Origin: Monocercomonoides exilis PA203 | Lineage: Eukaryota; Protista; Preaxostyla | Reading direction: 5' to 3' | NCBI GenBank assembly: GCA_001643675.2 | Contig: LSRY02000004.1 | Coordinates: forward strand, 2,108,001 to 2,172,000 | DNA length: 64,000 nucleotides | In this document: positions 11,812-24,800 of the stretch, piece after piece | Position numbering within the stretch: the first letter of the stretch is position 1 | How the letters are laid out: the number at the start of each line of letters is the position of its first letter | Program-made: the position numbers and the translations under genes | The notes under the pieces: model-generated | The model's database searches: none | The model's input: the letters and a program-made list of their open reading frames with translations, nothing else | What the model was told of the DNA's origin: nothing

Positions 11812-12441
11812 GGGACTATCAAATCTCCAATGAATGAAGAAGGAGACAAATTGCAAACACAAAAATGAATGAAAAGCATTCAAGATTTCTTCACGAGAAT
11901 GTAAATTCCTGTGAATTTTTTATCCATTTATGAAAAGAACTTTCTGTTAATTATGTTTGATTGAATACAGAACCTTAATAAGGTGTTTTTCTTTGATTTT
12001 TTGGATCTGAATAAACAGTTTATGTGAAATGTTACTGCTTTGTATGTATTATCGTTTTTGTTTTACATTCAGATTATGATTAAGAGTTTTCGTTTTATTG
12101 ATTCTGCTCTGATGAAACTAATTTCATTGAGCGGTTTCTACTTATTTAACCGAGTGTTATATAAAATTTTTGTTGTTTTAAGATTTTTTTAATTTCGAGC
12201 GAATTTAAAATTTTTATTTCTAAATCTGAAAGTGAAAATTGAATTTCACACATAAGTATGGTTGTTCGATTTTCGCAATGTTTTTATCAATAATTGTGTA
12301 ATGGTACTTTATTATATCACGTTGTGTTTCGTGTTTTTTGTCTTTTTATAAACATGAGAAAATATTTAGATTTGAGAAGTTTTTTCTGATTATGGGACCA
12401 ATTAATTAACGATCAAAAACTGTTTGAGCCACGCGGAAATA

Positions 12442-13398
12442 ATGTCCGTAATCGGGATTCGGATGATTGATAAAGAGAAGCTCTCTACTATTTCACCGCA
12501 TTTTCGAGCTTGTCATTCTTCTTTCGAATCCAGTCCCATCGGGCTACCCTTATCAAAATCTCCTTTCAGACTTCACGATGACAGCGAAGATGAAACACCA
12601 AAACAAAAAGAATTAGCAAGCATAATTGATGATTTTTCTGATTCGAGAGTTACAACTTTTTGCGAGTTCGATAATCCAATTATCTATGCTCTTGCAACAA
12701 CATGTCCAATATTTCATGAGTTAATGTTTCATACAAAACTTATTCCGCTATTATCGTCATACATTTCATTGTCTTTTCTTTTTCTCACTTATCATCTTGA
12801 TATTCCAAAAACTGATGTGCCTTCACTGCCTGAATATTCCAACTCACCATTTTTAATCCCATTGCTTGGACGTCCATTAAGCGACCTCAAAAACCCATTA
12901 CTCTGTAAGCTCTGGTGCTTGCCAATTGATAAATCATATGAAGAGCAGCATCAAAAATTAACAAAAGCGATTGAACGAATTTTTTACAAAGCTTCTGGGA
13001 AAAGTGTTATGATGGAATCTGACATTCTTTTCTGCCTTTGTTTAATGGATAGATTGTTACGAGAAGGAGGTGATAGAGGGATGCCTATCAAATTGAAGAA
13101 TGCGACGATGATTGTTGTTATTTGTCTAATGTTAGTGAACAAATTCAACACTGATCAGCCAATGCAAAATTTGTTTTGGAGCAATCTGTATTCAATACCA
13201 TTAAAATCTTTGAATAAATCTGAGCTTGCAGTTCTTTCAGCTCTTGATTATCGATTGACTTTTGAATGGAAAGGTCGTCGTTTCTTACAGAATGGATATG
13301 ATTACGAGAATATACCTGATGATGGAATCTTGTTTGATCAGGCAGACACTTATGATAAGTTTTTGGCGTTTTTGTCTTACTATACACCTTTAGAATAA
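12442..13398 (+). CDS. Pho80/PCL (P/U-type) cyclin
   Basis: Cyclin-box pattern LCLMDRL...VICLMLVNKFNTDQPMQNLFWSNLYSIPLKSLNKSELAVLSALDYRL. The start is uncertain; the first ATG of the ORF is used. Confidence 0.85.
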   Translation: MSVIGIRMIDKEKLSTISPHFRACHSSFESSPIGLPLSKSPFRLHDDSEDETPKQKELASIIDDFSDSRVTTFCEFDNPIIYALATTCPIFHELMFHTKLIPLLSSYISLSFLFLTYHLDIPKTDVPSLPEYSNSPFLIPLLGRPLSDLKNPLLCKLWCLPIDKSYEEQHQKLTKAIERIFYKASGKSVMMESDILFCLCLMDRLLREGGDRGMPIKLKNATMIVVICLMLVNKFNTDQPMQNLFWSNLYSIPLKSLNKSELAVLSALDYRLTFEWKGRRFLQNGYDYENIPDDGILFDQADTYDKFLAFLSYYTPLE

Positions 13399-13819
13399 AT
13401 ATAGCTCATCTGTAATATGCAGATGTCCAGTTTTTTTACAATGTTATTTGAATTTATATGTTTTCTTTTTATTCTTCTAAATAATGTTTTTTTCGTGTTA
13501 GCCGGCTTTTCTACTTGCTTCCTTTTCTCTGAAGTGCTTAAGCTTCTCGTTTTTAACTTCAGTTTATTCAATTAGTTCTACCCATTGATTCTGTAGTATC
13601 CTACAGTATTTTTGCCTTTCTTTTTGAAATGATTTTGGATTGCTTTTAAAAGCTTTTTGACTTATTACTTTCAATCTTCGCTGAAATTTTAGATTTTTCA
13701 AGTTTATTTGTCAACGTCTTGCAAAAAATCCAATTATGGATTTTTAATTACCCTTTAAACTGCTCTTTTTCTGAAGAGTTCGTTTTTTTAATTTATGTAG
13801 ATCCACCTCATTAAGAAAT

Positions 13820-13824
<5 letters not shown>

Positions 13825-13858
<34 letters not shown>

Positions 13859-13885
13859 TTTGTTTGTTTGTTTGTTTGTTTGTTT
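13825..13885. repeat. T33 followed by (GTTT)7
   Basis: Read directly from the intergenic sequence. Confidence 0.9.
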
Positions 13886-14407
13886 TTCTTGTACTGCATA
13901 AAGCAATGACACTATGTCTTGCTTATTTTACAAAATTATCTGTTGTTTTTTGTTATGTGTCTGTATTAGGCAAGTTATCTTCTTCTTTATTTTTTCTTTC
14001 TTTATCTTTCTTTTTCTTTATTTGATCGTCTGATTTAGATAATATTCCCAATCAGAATATTATAATCAGCCGCCACTTTTTGTTCTGTTTTTGACTCTTG
14101 CTTTACATTTCCGAAAATTATGTGGCATCTTAATTAATTTGGATATGTACATGCTGGTCTTTTTCAGACATATTTTTTGTTTGCGAACTTCTTTATTGTA
14201 TTTCAAAGTTGTGAACGATTTTTCTTTTCATTTTCGTAAGATTTCGCATCCGACATCATTGAAATCATCTCTACACACATTATTGCTTTTATCAACAATA
14301 ACATTCGCAAAACTTAAAAATAATTTTTTGATCATAATTCACAAAGTATAAATTAGATCAAAGCGTTTAATTTCAAACACTTTTCAAAAGAAAATAAAAT
14401 TTTCAAA

Positions 14408-15177
14408 ATGGCTTCAACACCAATATCTGTTACTGTTTTTAGGTTTGCAAATGTAGAAATTGATGCATATTTAGTTTTTTAAAATCTACTTGTTTCAAAC
14501 AGAAATGGAGATGTTCATCACACTGGATTAAAAATTGTTATGAGATCCACAATTAGGTTTGTAATTTGAAGCGTTTTGCAAAGTTGAATTTTTTCTTTTG
14601 TATATGAAGAACTATGCAACAGTTTTTCGATGTGATTAATAAAGATATCGGACTTGTTACAGGAGCTTGCAGAAAGGTCGTAACTCCTGAAGGAAAAACT
14701 GTAAATGCTCTGACTGATTTGGTTGATGGAGGTAATTATATTGCTTGTGCTGGAGAGCCTTTGAACAAAGAAAAATTACCAAGAGCATTAACCAAAAAAT
14801 CAACTTCACCATTACCAGCTGAAGAACAAGCAAGCTCTTCTGCAACTCCATCAGCTGCTCCAAAGCCAGTTACACATGCAAAACCACTGACAAAATTTGG
14901 AACTCAGGTTACAAAGCCAAAAGTAATTTTCGTATTTCGTAATGGCGATATCCATGATTCGGGAACAAAAATAACATTAAAGACTACAATAACCACAATG
15001 GATAAATTATATCAGGCTGTAAATGCAGAGGTCCATCTCGTAACTGGATCTTGCAGAAAAATTGTTTCTCCAATGGGGAAAGAGATTAAAACATTAGCTG
15101 AATTCGAAGATGAAGGGAAATATATTGCACTTGCTGGAGAACCATTAAACAAAGAAAGAATGTCAAAGCACATTTAA
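14408..15177 (+). CDS. Tandem doublecortin (DCX) domain protein, 3 exons
   Basis: Introns 14443-14502 and 14557-14609 give VTVFRNGDVHHTG...GACRKVVTPEGK...DGGNYIACAGEPL. A second copy reads FVFRNGDIHDSG...EDEGKYIALAGEPL. Confidence 0.92.
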
Positions 15178-15464
15178 ATTTTAATATGTTCTCATGTGAA
15201 ATTAGTTTTTCATTTTTCTGTTTTTATCTCTTTCTCAAACCCTGTTATGTTCTAATTAAGCAATTTCTTTCAGTAATTTGTTGCGTCAAACAACATACCA
15301 ACAACCTATTTTGAAATTTTTTTATGTAATACAACATTCGCATTTGACAGTGTTTTACTCATTTTTGATTTCACTTTTATTTAAATAACATATTGGACAT
15401 GTGAGCTTTCTTTCTTTTTTTTTTTTTTTTCCTTTTGTTAGAAAAAGTCTATGTGCTTTTTTCA

Positions 15465-16276
15465 TCAATCCTTAGAAGCCCATTCACCTAATGTTCTAAG
15501 TTCAGCTGTAGGCAAATGGGGCAAATGCCTGTGCTTTCCTGGTGAAAGAGAGTTGAATAGTGTGGACATTATCTGAAGAGTATCGCCATGAGATACAAAA
15601 ATTACACTTAATTTTACAAAGTGAAGTTAAAAATGGAAACAACAGTTTCAAAATTCACTTGTGCTAAAAAGAGAGATGAAACAAACAATTGCTTTTCAAA
15701 TGATGTGGCTTCCTTTGAGCAACGATTTATCAGATTTCTTGCTCTTTCAGCAACATGAATGCAACTTTCAACACCACAAATTTCTTGTGATTCATCCATT
15801 TCGTCGTTGGTCCAAATCTTTTGATAATTATCTATTGGCTAACCATATTATTTAACAAAAAATTAGATAGATGAAAAAATGGCATTTCAAACAGTCTTGT
15901 CATATTCACCGAAATATCTTTCTCGCAAAAGTATGTCATGGGTCACATTAATTGGATTATAGCGTTCCTCGCTTTCCTTTGATAAATTCTTTTTTATAAG
16001 ATCATTCAATGTTTCTGTAAAGAGAGCTGCAGTTTCAGCTGCTCGCTTAAAGTCACTGGAAATAACACGTACGCAAACAGCAGAATGATTTAGTAAATCC
16101 TCTTTTTTCTGTTCAAAAAAATGGCAAGCGGCATTACAAGCTTGTTTACGTCCATTTTGTGTAAGACCATAATTTTCAATGCATTCAGTTGGATTCGAAG
16201 CTATGACACCTTCTTTCATAGCTTCACTATCCCCATGACGTAATGCGAAGAAAATTATCTTTTTGCTCTCCTCCAT
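15465..16276 (-). CDS. Histidine phosphatase / phosphoglycerate-mutase superfamily protein, 3 exons
   Basis: LRHG motif, SSDFKRAAETA, LRERYFGEYD and a last exon VIFVSHGDTLQIM...HRHLPHLPTAELR. Two short introns (~15840-15892 and ~15607-15686). Confidence 0.9.
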
Positions 16277-16327
16277 AAAAATGAAATGAAGAAAATAAAA
16301 TGAAAAGAAATTTGTTATGGCTCCATA

Positions 16328-18709
16328 TTATGGATCGTGCTTCCACCCGATTTCATGCCCTCCAATGATTTGAGGTTCAATAAATCCACGGAAAAATTGC
16401 CCTTCAACCGTCCAACGTGCGCCATACCCTTCGGCTATTCTTATTTCAAAAAGAGGATAATCATGCTATTTTAAAAACAATAAATGGCCAAAATATGAAA
16501 ATATGATAAAACAGAAAGTGAAAATAGAATCAAAAATTCATTTAAAAATAAATGTATTTTCAATTTGCACATACAACGATAGCATGAGCGTTTATCCACA
16601 CAGCATTCGCTGCAAAGGCCTTAATAGCGTTAATAGCGGCATCATTCTTTGTGGATTCCCCTCCTTTTTTGGGGAGCATCCACCACAGACATCGCGACCC
16701 ATGCTTTGTGAGTGCTCTTCCGGCAACTGTAAGCAGCTGAGGAGGACAGTGAGGCATTTGGGCAGATGCAAGAAGTGAGGAAAGCGAAGGAGGAACTGCA
16801 AAGGCGGGCATTTCTGAATGCAGCGAAGAAAGAGGAGGAAGCTTCCGTTTCTGAGGGGGCTGTTTGTGGGATGTCTTTGTTGGCGGACATATTTCTGAAG
16901 AAGAAGAAGAAGAAGATGATGATGATTGAGGCAATGATTGAGATCGTGAGTCTTCCTCTTGTTTGTTTTGCTGAGCGCTTTCTATATTTTCTCCTTCGAC
17001 TTTAGAAATCTTTTCACTTTCTCCAACAACTTCTTCCGAGTTTTGACTCATTTCTGCATTCTTCTTTTCGTTGCATTCGGTTGGTTTCATCGCTTCCTTT
17101 TCCTTTTCCTTTTCTTTTTCCTTTTCTTTTTCTTTTTCTTGCTCCTCATTTTTCTTTGATGGTTCATGCTTTTGTGCACATCCAGCAATAGAGCCAGGCG
17201 AAGATCGCATCCGAAGCATCCGTTGCATTCCTTTCTCTCCAATTTCTTCACACAAAATCTTCTTCAGTTGGCAATGCCAAGGAAAAGAGGGATCTTCAAG
17301 AACAGAAAATACAGACTCTTCTTCAAAGTGAGAATATGATTGAGAGTTGAGTGAACCGGAATTAGGTGTAACTGTTGAAGGCGAGGAGGAAGAAGAAGAT
17401 GAGGAAGAAGAAGATGATGACGATGATGATGGCATTTGTGGAGATGAACAATTAGAAGAAGATGAATCTTCACTCGAGTCATTTGATGGTAAAAGACATT
17501 GAGTTGATTCAGAAGCAGAAGCAGAGGCAGAAGCAGATGAAGAAGTTACACAAGAAGATGATGAAGGCGAATGAGATGATAACAACTCCGAACATGATGA
17601 CTTTTCATCCATCTTTTCATCACAAGAAATTAAGTTTTCAATGTTTTGCAGTTTCTTCGGAAGAAAAACTTGTGTTAAAACTTGTGTTTTCACTGCATTT
17701 AGAAAAGGATCAGCTATTTCTTTTGGCTGCTTTGATCCTTTTTGTTTTTTCTCTTTCGATGAATTCGGCTCATCTTTATTACTTTCGAAACTCTTTGATG
17801 ATGACTGACTTTGTGCGCATTCTTCGTTAGTTTTAAATGTTTCTTCGCCTTGTTGTTTTATTTGATCATTAACTTTCTTTTCTTCTTCTTCATTTGTTTT
17901 GACATCTTCTTCTTTTTGTGGTATCAACTCTTCGCATTCTTTTTTCTGTTGACTGTGCACTTTTGCCATATCTTTCATCTCATTGCTCATTAGAAGGGGT
18001 AAAAAGGTTGGATGAGTTACTAGCTGATCAATTTCTGAACGGCGAGCATCTTTGGATGTTTCCATCAAACAGACATCCGACGAAGGATATTCCGAAACTA
18101 TAAAAAGTGGAAAACAATTTCAAGTAGCAGATAATTTTTTAAATGGATTTTTCAACCAAACCACACATCCATATTCAATTTGAGAAAAAAGATCCCTTGT
18201 TAAAAGTCCACTTTCAATAAAAATTTTGTGTACTTCTTTTGCTGCATTCAAAAGATTTGAATAAACTGAACAATCATCTGCAAGATTTGGTATTTGAGGT
18301 AATTCAAAAGGAAATATTCCGAATAAACCCATGTAGAGAAGTGCATTTGAGATCTTTTTATGAGAGTAAAAATACAAGAAAAAATGATTCAAAATAATTC
18401 AAAAATAATTCAGCATTCAAGACAATAAAATAGCATTAAAAATTAGCAAGTTGTTTACATCAAATTGATAATTCAAACCTCTTTGTAATAAGGTTGCTGC
18501 GGATAAGCAAAAAAATGAATTCTATCAGATTGTTCAGGAGGGAAAAATTGCTAAAGAATATTTAATTTATAATCGACTGAATTTATTTTAATGTGAAGCA
18601 ATCAAACTGCATCATTTTCATTTTGTTCATATAGTTTTTCAACAAAATTGCAATCAATCATTTTTTCCGAAGAACATTCTTTCAGAAGTCGTTTAGCAAA
18701 TAAATTCAT
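16328..18709 (-). CDS. Multi-exon protein with a C-terminal GRALxKH...GARW...FxGFxEP domain (toxin-nuclease-like; similar to the C-terminus of plant ASCH-domain proteins)
   Basis: Spliced C-terminus LTVAGRALTKHGSR...NAVWINAHAIV|HDYPLFEIRIAEGYGARWTVEGQFFRGFIEPQIIGGHEIGWKHDP*. Upstream exons join in phase from the ATG at 18709; one internal donor (~18165) is uncertain. Confidence 0.72.
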
Positions 18710-18880
18710 CTTTAAAAATAATGGAAATATTCTTCTCTCGAAATGAGTTGTAAAATATTATGAAAACAACAAAATACAATAATTCAATAATTTTTAAAGA
18801 AAATAAAATTATAATGGATAAGAAAATGATCAAGAAAGGATTTGTTTCAAATAACATAATATATAACAATAGGTGAAAGA

Positions 18881-21800
18881 TTATTTAATTGCACGATCTC
18901 GATTCTTTCCTTTTCCCTTTGATTCTTCGTCCTTTTTTCCATCTCCTTTTGGTAACTTTTGTATTTCATTCCTTTGATCTCCATTCTCGATTATTCTGCT
19001 CATGGTATCTCTTTGCCACTCTCGTTCAACTTCAACCGCTCGAGTCATCATCACTTCTTGAAGTTCTGTTCCTGCGCTGAGGACAGATGACACTTTTCTT
19101 CTTTGTCTGCTTTTTGAGTGTGGAAGGGGCAATACAGTTGAGGAAGGATGGCCAGATGCAGAGCCTGAAGAATGAACAGAACAAGATGATGAAGAAGAGG
19201 AAGAGGAAGAAGAAGAGGAGGAGGAGGAGGAAGCAGATAGAGATGATGCCAGTGTGTGTGTTGTGAGTGTGAATGAAGTGCGTGTGCCTGTCAAAGATGA
19301 CGAGGAAGCAGAGCCGATGGAAAATGTGGAGGAAGAAGTGGAATTCGCAGAGAGGGAAGAAAGGCCAGAAGTTGAGCCAGAACGAGAGTGGAAGACGCGG
19401 GCAGCAGAACGATAAGAAGAGGAAGGGTGTTTGCTGGACAGCGCAAGAGATGAGACAGAGGGCGATGTGGAGGGAAGAGGGCGCAGTGGGCGGTGGAGGT
19501 TGAGAGAGGACGAAGGAGAGAGAGAAGGAGGAGGAATAAGGCGGATGGGCGGAAGATCCAACGGAGACATCTTTGGAGTGTGTGAAGGAGTGTGCTGGGT
19601 GTGTCGTGTGTGTGTGGATGCCAGTGAAGATGAAGCAGGAGGAGCAGCTGAATTCTTCTGATGAAGGTGGGAATGCGGATGATGATGGTGATGATGATGC
19701 TTTGAGACTGTTGTGTGAAGGCTCTTTTGGCGATGATGATGGGATGATCTCTCTTCACTTTCTCTTTTCTTTCTCTCTTTCTGAGAAATGTTGGTATCGT
19801 CTTGTCCTTCCCGATTGCCATGTGTGTGGTGTGTGTGATGTGCATTGCGATGCTCACGATGGCTGCTGTGCCGATGCAACAATATTGGTTCCGTGGTTGC
19901 TGGCACAACTACCTCTTCATGTTCGTTCAATCCTTCTTTTCTGTCTGAATGCTTCTTTCTTTCACTATTCCTTGTGTTATCCTCCAAAGAAGCTGATCTG
20001 CTGTCTTCTTCCTTCTTTGAGTGAGATGGCACATTGACTGTTCCATGTGCCATTTGAGAGGCAGACATTGCATTTGAGTGAGAAGAGCGATGTGAATGAG
20101 TCGAGTGCTGTTTGTGTGGATGATGGTGTTTGTGCTCAGAACGATGTGAAGGAGACAAAACTGAGTATTCGTTGTGATGCGCCTTCGGATGCAGAATTTC
20201 TGGCTTTTGTGTCAAATTGGTGTTTTGTGAGTGTTTCAATGCAATTCGAGTTGTTTCACTCTCCAAAGCAGAAAGTTGAAATGTTTGAATATTGTCACTG
20301 GCTTGTTTGGAATGATCAGCTGATTCTGAAGAAATAAGATCCGATTTTTTCTCTTCTTCGTTTTCATGCACATTTATAGCTTTCTCATTAAATGCATTCT
20401 CTTTCTCTTTCTCTTTCTCTTTCTCTTCATCTGCTTTGCAATGCAAATATTTTGATTGCTGCTGTTGAGCTTTCTGTGCAGCCATTTCTGTTTGCAGCAG
20501 CTCTTCCAATGCAATTTCTCTTTGGCTCAGCTTTCCCTTCCGTTTCCTTTTGTTCATCAGAAGTTGGAGTGCAACAGGCGACAGGGTGGACTTCAATGAC
20601 TGCATTGACTGCTTTGTTCTGATGTGTGGCTGGGCAGAATAGTCTAAATGAGAAGAAGCTGATGACTCATTTGCAATAGAAGAAGAAGAAGATGATGATG
20701 AAGAGGCTGACATCATTACAGATGCAGCTGTCGATTGAGGAATTGTTTGAAAGTGTTCGTCAGTTTCTTTTGCCTCTGTAGAAGATCTCATTTCCTGGTG
20801 AGCCACATGATTTGAAGCAGGATTCGAGAAAGAAGCACCAGAAGTTGAACAGCTTTGTCCACTTTCCAATGAAATGTCGTGATGATTCATCGAAAAATCA
20901 GTTGATTCTGCATCTGTGTTGTTGACTTTGTTATTGTTTGTGTTTGCCTTCAAAGAAGAGAAAAGCAGAGGAGGAAGAGAAGAATTTGAAGACTTGTCAA
21001 TCGAATGGGAAGAGCCAGAAGAAGCGCTCAAGTCAAAAGTAGCAGATGAGAGAGACAAAGGAGAAGATGATGGAATCTGAGCATTCACTGTTGATGATGG
21101 ATCACTTTTGAGCAGATGTATTTTGCCTTCCTGTAAAGAAGAAGAGGAGAAAGAGGAGGAAGAAAAAGAAGAAGAGGAAGAAGAAGAAGAAGAACTCTTT
21201 GCATCGTGTGATTGCAAGTTCTGCAGATCCTGTATTGATCCAAGTGCTGACAAAGAGACAGACGAAGAAGACGAAGGCAGATACGAAGCAGCATCGCGTC
21301 TGATGAACACAAATGGAAGATGAGGTGCTTTTGAAGGAGGTGACGGAGGAGGCGAAGGAGAGCGGGAAGAGGTAGAGGCAGACACGGAAGAGATCGAATG
21401 AGAAGAAGAGCGCATTGAATAAGGGAAGGCAGACTCGTTCTGACAGAGCGGGTAGCTTTCTTGGTCTTTCAGGAGCTGATAGGGAAGAGTGTGTGGTTGA
21501 GAGCTTTTGTGGGGAAAACTGCTGTGCTGGTGGCGATGCGAGGGAAGAGAAAGAGAGCTGACTGAGGAATGGGCAGAGTGTGAGTGTTGATGTGAGTGAG
21601 AAGGAGAAGAGGAGAAAGAGGAGGAAGAAGAGTGGAGAGAAGAAGGGGAAGCAGAAGATTTCGCAGAGAGATAGGAGGAGCCAGAAAGAGAAGAAGAGCA
21701 CGAGGCAACAGAGGCACATGAACTGGATGTGGAGACAGAAGAAGAGGAGGAAGAAGAGGAAGAGGATGAAGCATAAGTAGAGACAGTAAAAGCAGGTGAG

Positions 21801-24800
21801 TGAGATCTTTGTGTTGGATGGCCTTGTGAATGTGAATGCGACAGCTGCCGATGAGGAGATGCTGAGTTTTTGGTGAAGCGAGTCTTTCTGTGTGACTGGG
21901 GAGTCGAAAAGAACCAGGATGTGCCAGTGGAAGGAGAGGAAGAGGAAGGAGAAGAAGAAGAGGAAGATGATGTTGAAAGGGAAGGAATGGAAGATGAAGG
22001 AGAAAATGCAGCTGAGGAAGGAGCAAATGAAACAGTTGATGAGGAAGAAGAAGAAGATGATGATGATGATGAAGTTGGAGAAGATGTGTGTGGAGGAAGC
22101 AGAAGAGTCAGATCATTGTCTTCTTCCGAATCAGAATCACGTTTTCCTTTTCTTTCCGTCCTGTTTTCAGTTTCATCTAAAAGCAAACCTCTGTTCTTTT
22201 TCATCATATGAATGCTATCGAGATCCTCTTCATTAATGACCTCTTCTCCTTCTCCTTCTCCTTCTCCTTCTCCTTCATCTTCAGACGCACTTCCTTCGCC
22301 TTTGAAGATGATCTGCACGTCATTCACGTTTGTTGTTGTCCATCTGTCTACAATTGCAGCAAATGTTGAGAAATCATCAAGTGCTGTAATTCTCCGAAGT
22401 GGTGTCGACGGAGAAATTAGCGATGCAGATGCTGTTGATACATTAGAAGAAGAGAGGCTGTTTGTGCGAGAAGAGAACTTTGGAGCAAGAGGAGAATAAG
22501 GAATGGGCCAGGAAGGAGAATTGGGTGAGTGGGTGCTGCTGGGCGAATTATGTGGTGAGCAATAAAAAGCAGACGATGAATGAATTGATGATGATGATGT
22601 TGTTGCTGTTGTTGTTGAAAGTGATGCGCTCGTTCCAGATGAGGCATTTGTTGGCTGAAGTGACGAACGCGAAGAGGAGGAAGCAGATGAAGCAGATACA
22701 GATGCTGATGCAGAAAAAGAAGAAGAGCCAGCAGAAGTAGATGCTGTAGCGCATTTTGTGAGCGAGTCCATCTTTTCCATCTTTCTCAGCTCTCTTCGTC
22801 TTCGTATTTCTGCATCTGCTCTGCAGACATGCGCACAAAATGCGTCAAAGTCTGTGTTGAATATGGTGTGGTGCTTTCTCATTCTTCTGTCGTTTCTACC
22901 TCTGCAAAATGGAGACTGTTTGATTGAAAAGCCATCTGCACTCAAATTTCTGCTGTGCTCAGAAGAAGAAGAAGAAGAAGAAGAAGAAGAGGCTGCTTCT
23001 CTCCACACGATTTCTGCTTTTGATAGAGCTGGTTGCGCAGAATGGTCACGGAGCCAGTCAAACACAACGCCTGCAGAAGAGGAAGAGAGGGCGAGAGGAG
23101 CAAGAGAATGAGAAGAGGAGGAAGAAGAAGAGGTCGAAGAGAGAGAAGAGGAAGAGGTGTGGAAGGGATGGAGAGAGCGTGCTGTGTCTGCTTGGCGGGT
23201 CATCAGACAGCGACAGAGAAAAGAGGAAGACAGCTGGGCAGAAGAAAGAGATACAACAAGAGAAGAGAAGGAGGTTGGAGAAAAAGAAGAAGAAGAAGAA
23301 AGAGAAGAGGAAGAGGAGGAAGAGGAAGAAGTGAAATGTGGGTGGATTGAATGAGAAGAAAGGGGGATGATATTTGTGTTGCAATGAGGATATGAATTGG
23401 ATGAAATGCTTTTTGGAAAAGAATTAGATTGAAATGAGGATGATGAAGGAGACGATGAAGGAGATGATGGAGAAGGCGATTGTGATTGAGAAGAAGACGG
23501 CGATTTGGGGGAAGATGAAGTGTTGCTGGTTGAAGTGCGAAGTGTTGCTGAAATGTTGTCTTCTGAATGAGATGGAATGATGGACGATGAAGAAGAAGAG
23601 GAGGAGGTAGAAGAAGAGGGAATAATTTGCGATTGAAACTGTAATTGAGGTTGTGTTTGAGATGCTGATGGAGATGAATTTGTTGAAGAGGCTGATTGGA
23701 TCTTGAATGAGGAATGGAATTAAAATAAATTATTAAATGAATGATAAATAATAAAAGATATTAAATATGAAAATATCATGAAAAAAAATAAATAGAATCC
23801 CAAAGATTAAAAAAATCATACTTCATTCGCATCCCCTTTTAACTGAATTGTCTGCCTGTGTCTGGAAGACAGCAGAACTTGTGTCATATCTTCAGATTCG
23901 CTTTCTGTTGCAGTCTGAACTTCCATTTTTGTTCTTTTCATTGCTCCTCTCACGAACAGAAAGGGAGTCTTCACCCAAACAGGAAGAAGAGGAAACTGGC
24001 TTTCCGGCAGCACCAGTTCGAAAGAGACGAGTGTTGGGAAGAATTCAGAGGGAGATTTTGGCTCAGGAATAGCAATGGGAGAAGGGTAGTGATATTCTGA
24101 TGGAAGTGGGTGAGGAAGAGGCCGATAGTCTTCCTTCATGAAGAGGGAGGCGGAGGGTGTTAACACAGAAAAGGGGAAGATTGTTTCAACTGTTGTGAAC
24201 GGGATGGAAGAGGAAAAAGCAGTTTTTGAAGAATAAGCAGCTTTCTCTGCGTTTGGGTCATATTCTTTGAGAGACAGCCACGGAATGTCTGAACTTGTCA
24301 GCAGCTGCTTTGTGGAACAGGAAGTCGAAGCATTCAGGCTCTCCTTTTGTGGTTCGATGATTTTTGGAGGAGGAGTTTGAATGCCACTTTTGGAGGCGCC
24401 GTGTGTGGGATCGAAGATAAACTGGTGGGGAATGACTGAGAAGTGAAGTGGAGATTATTCAGAAAGATTGATAGAAAATAAATAGAAGGAAAATATATTG
24501 AATACAATAAAAGAATGAAATGAATAACCATTATGATAAGAGTGTATATCTTTCACACCATCAAAATAATATCCAAGAATTGACTTTGTGTTCAACGTCA
24601 GTTTGGCTTCTTTCTTCTTCCAATTCCATTGCTTTTGAGCAGATGAAGCTTTTCCTTCATCATCATCATCATCTTCTTCTTCTTCTTCTTCACTTCCACC
24701 TCCATCTTCCCTTCTCTCTTTCTTCTTCACTTCAGAACTAGACGCTGAATCCAATGAAGAAGAAGAAGAAGAAGAAGTTGGGTCATAATCTTGAGGAGGG

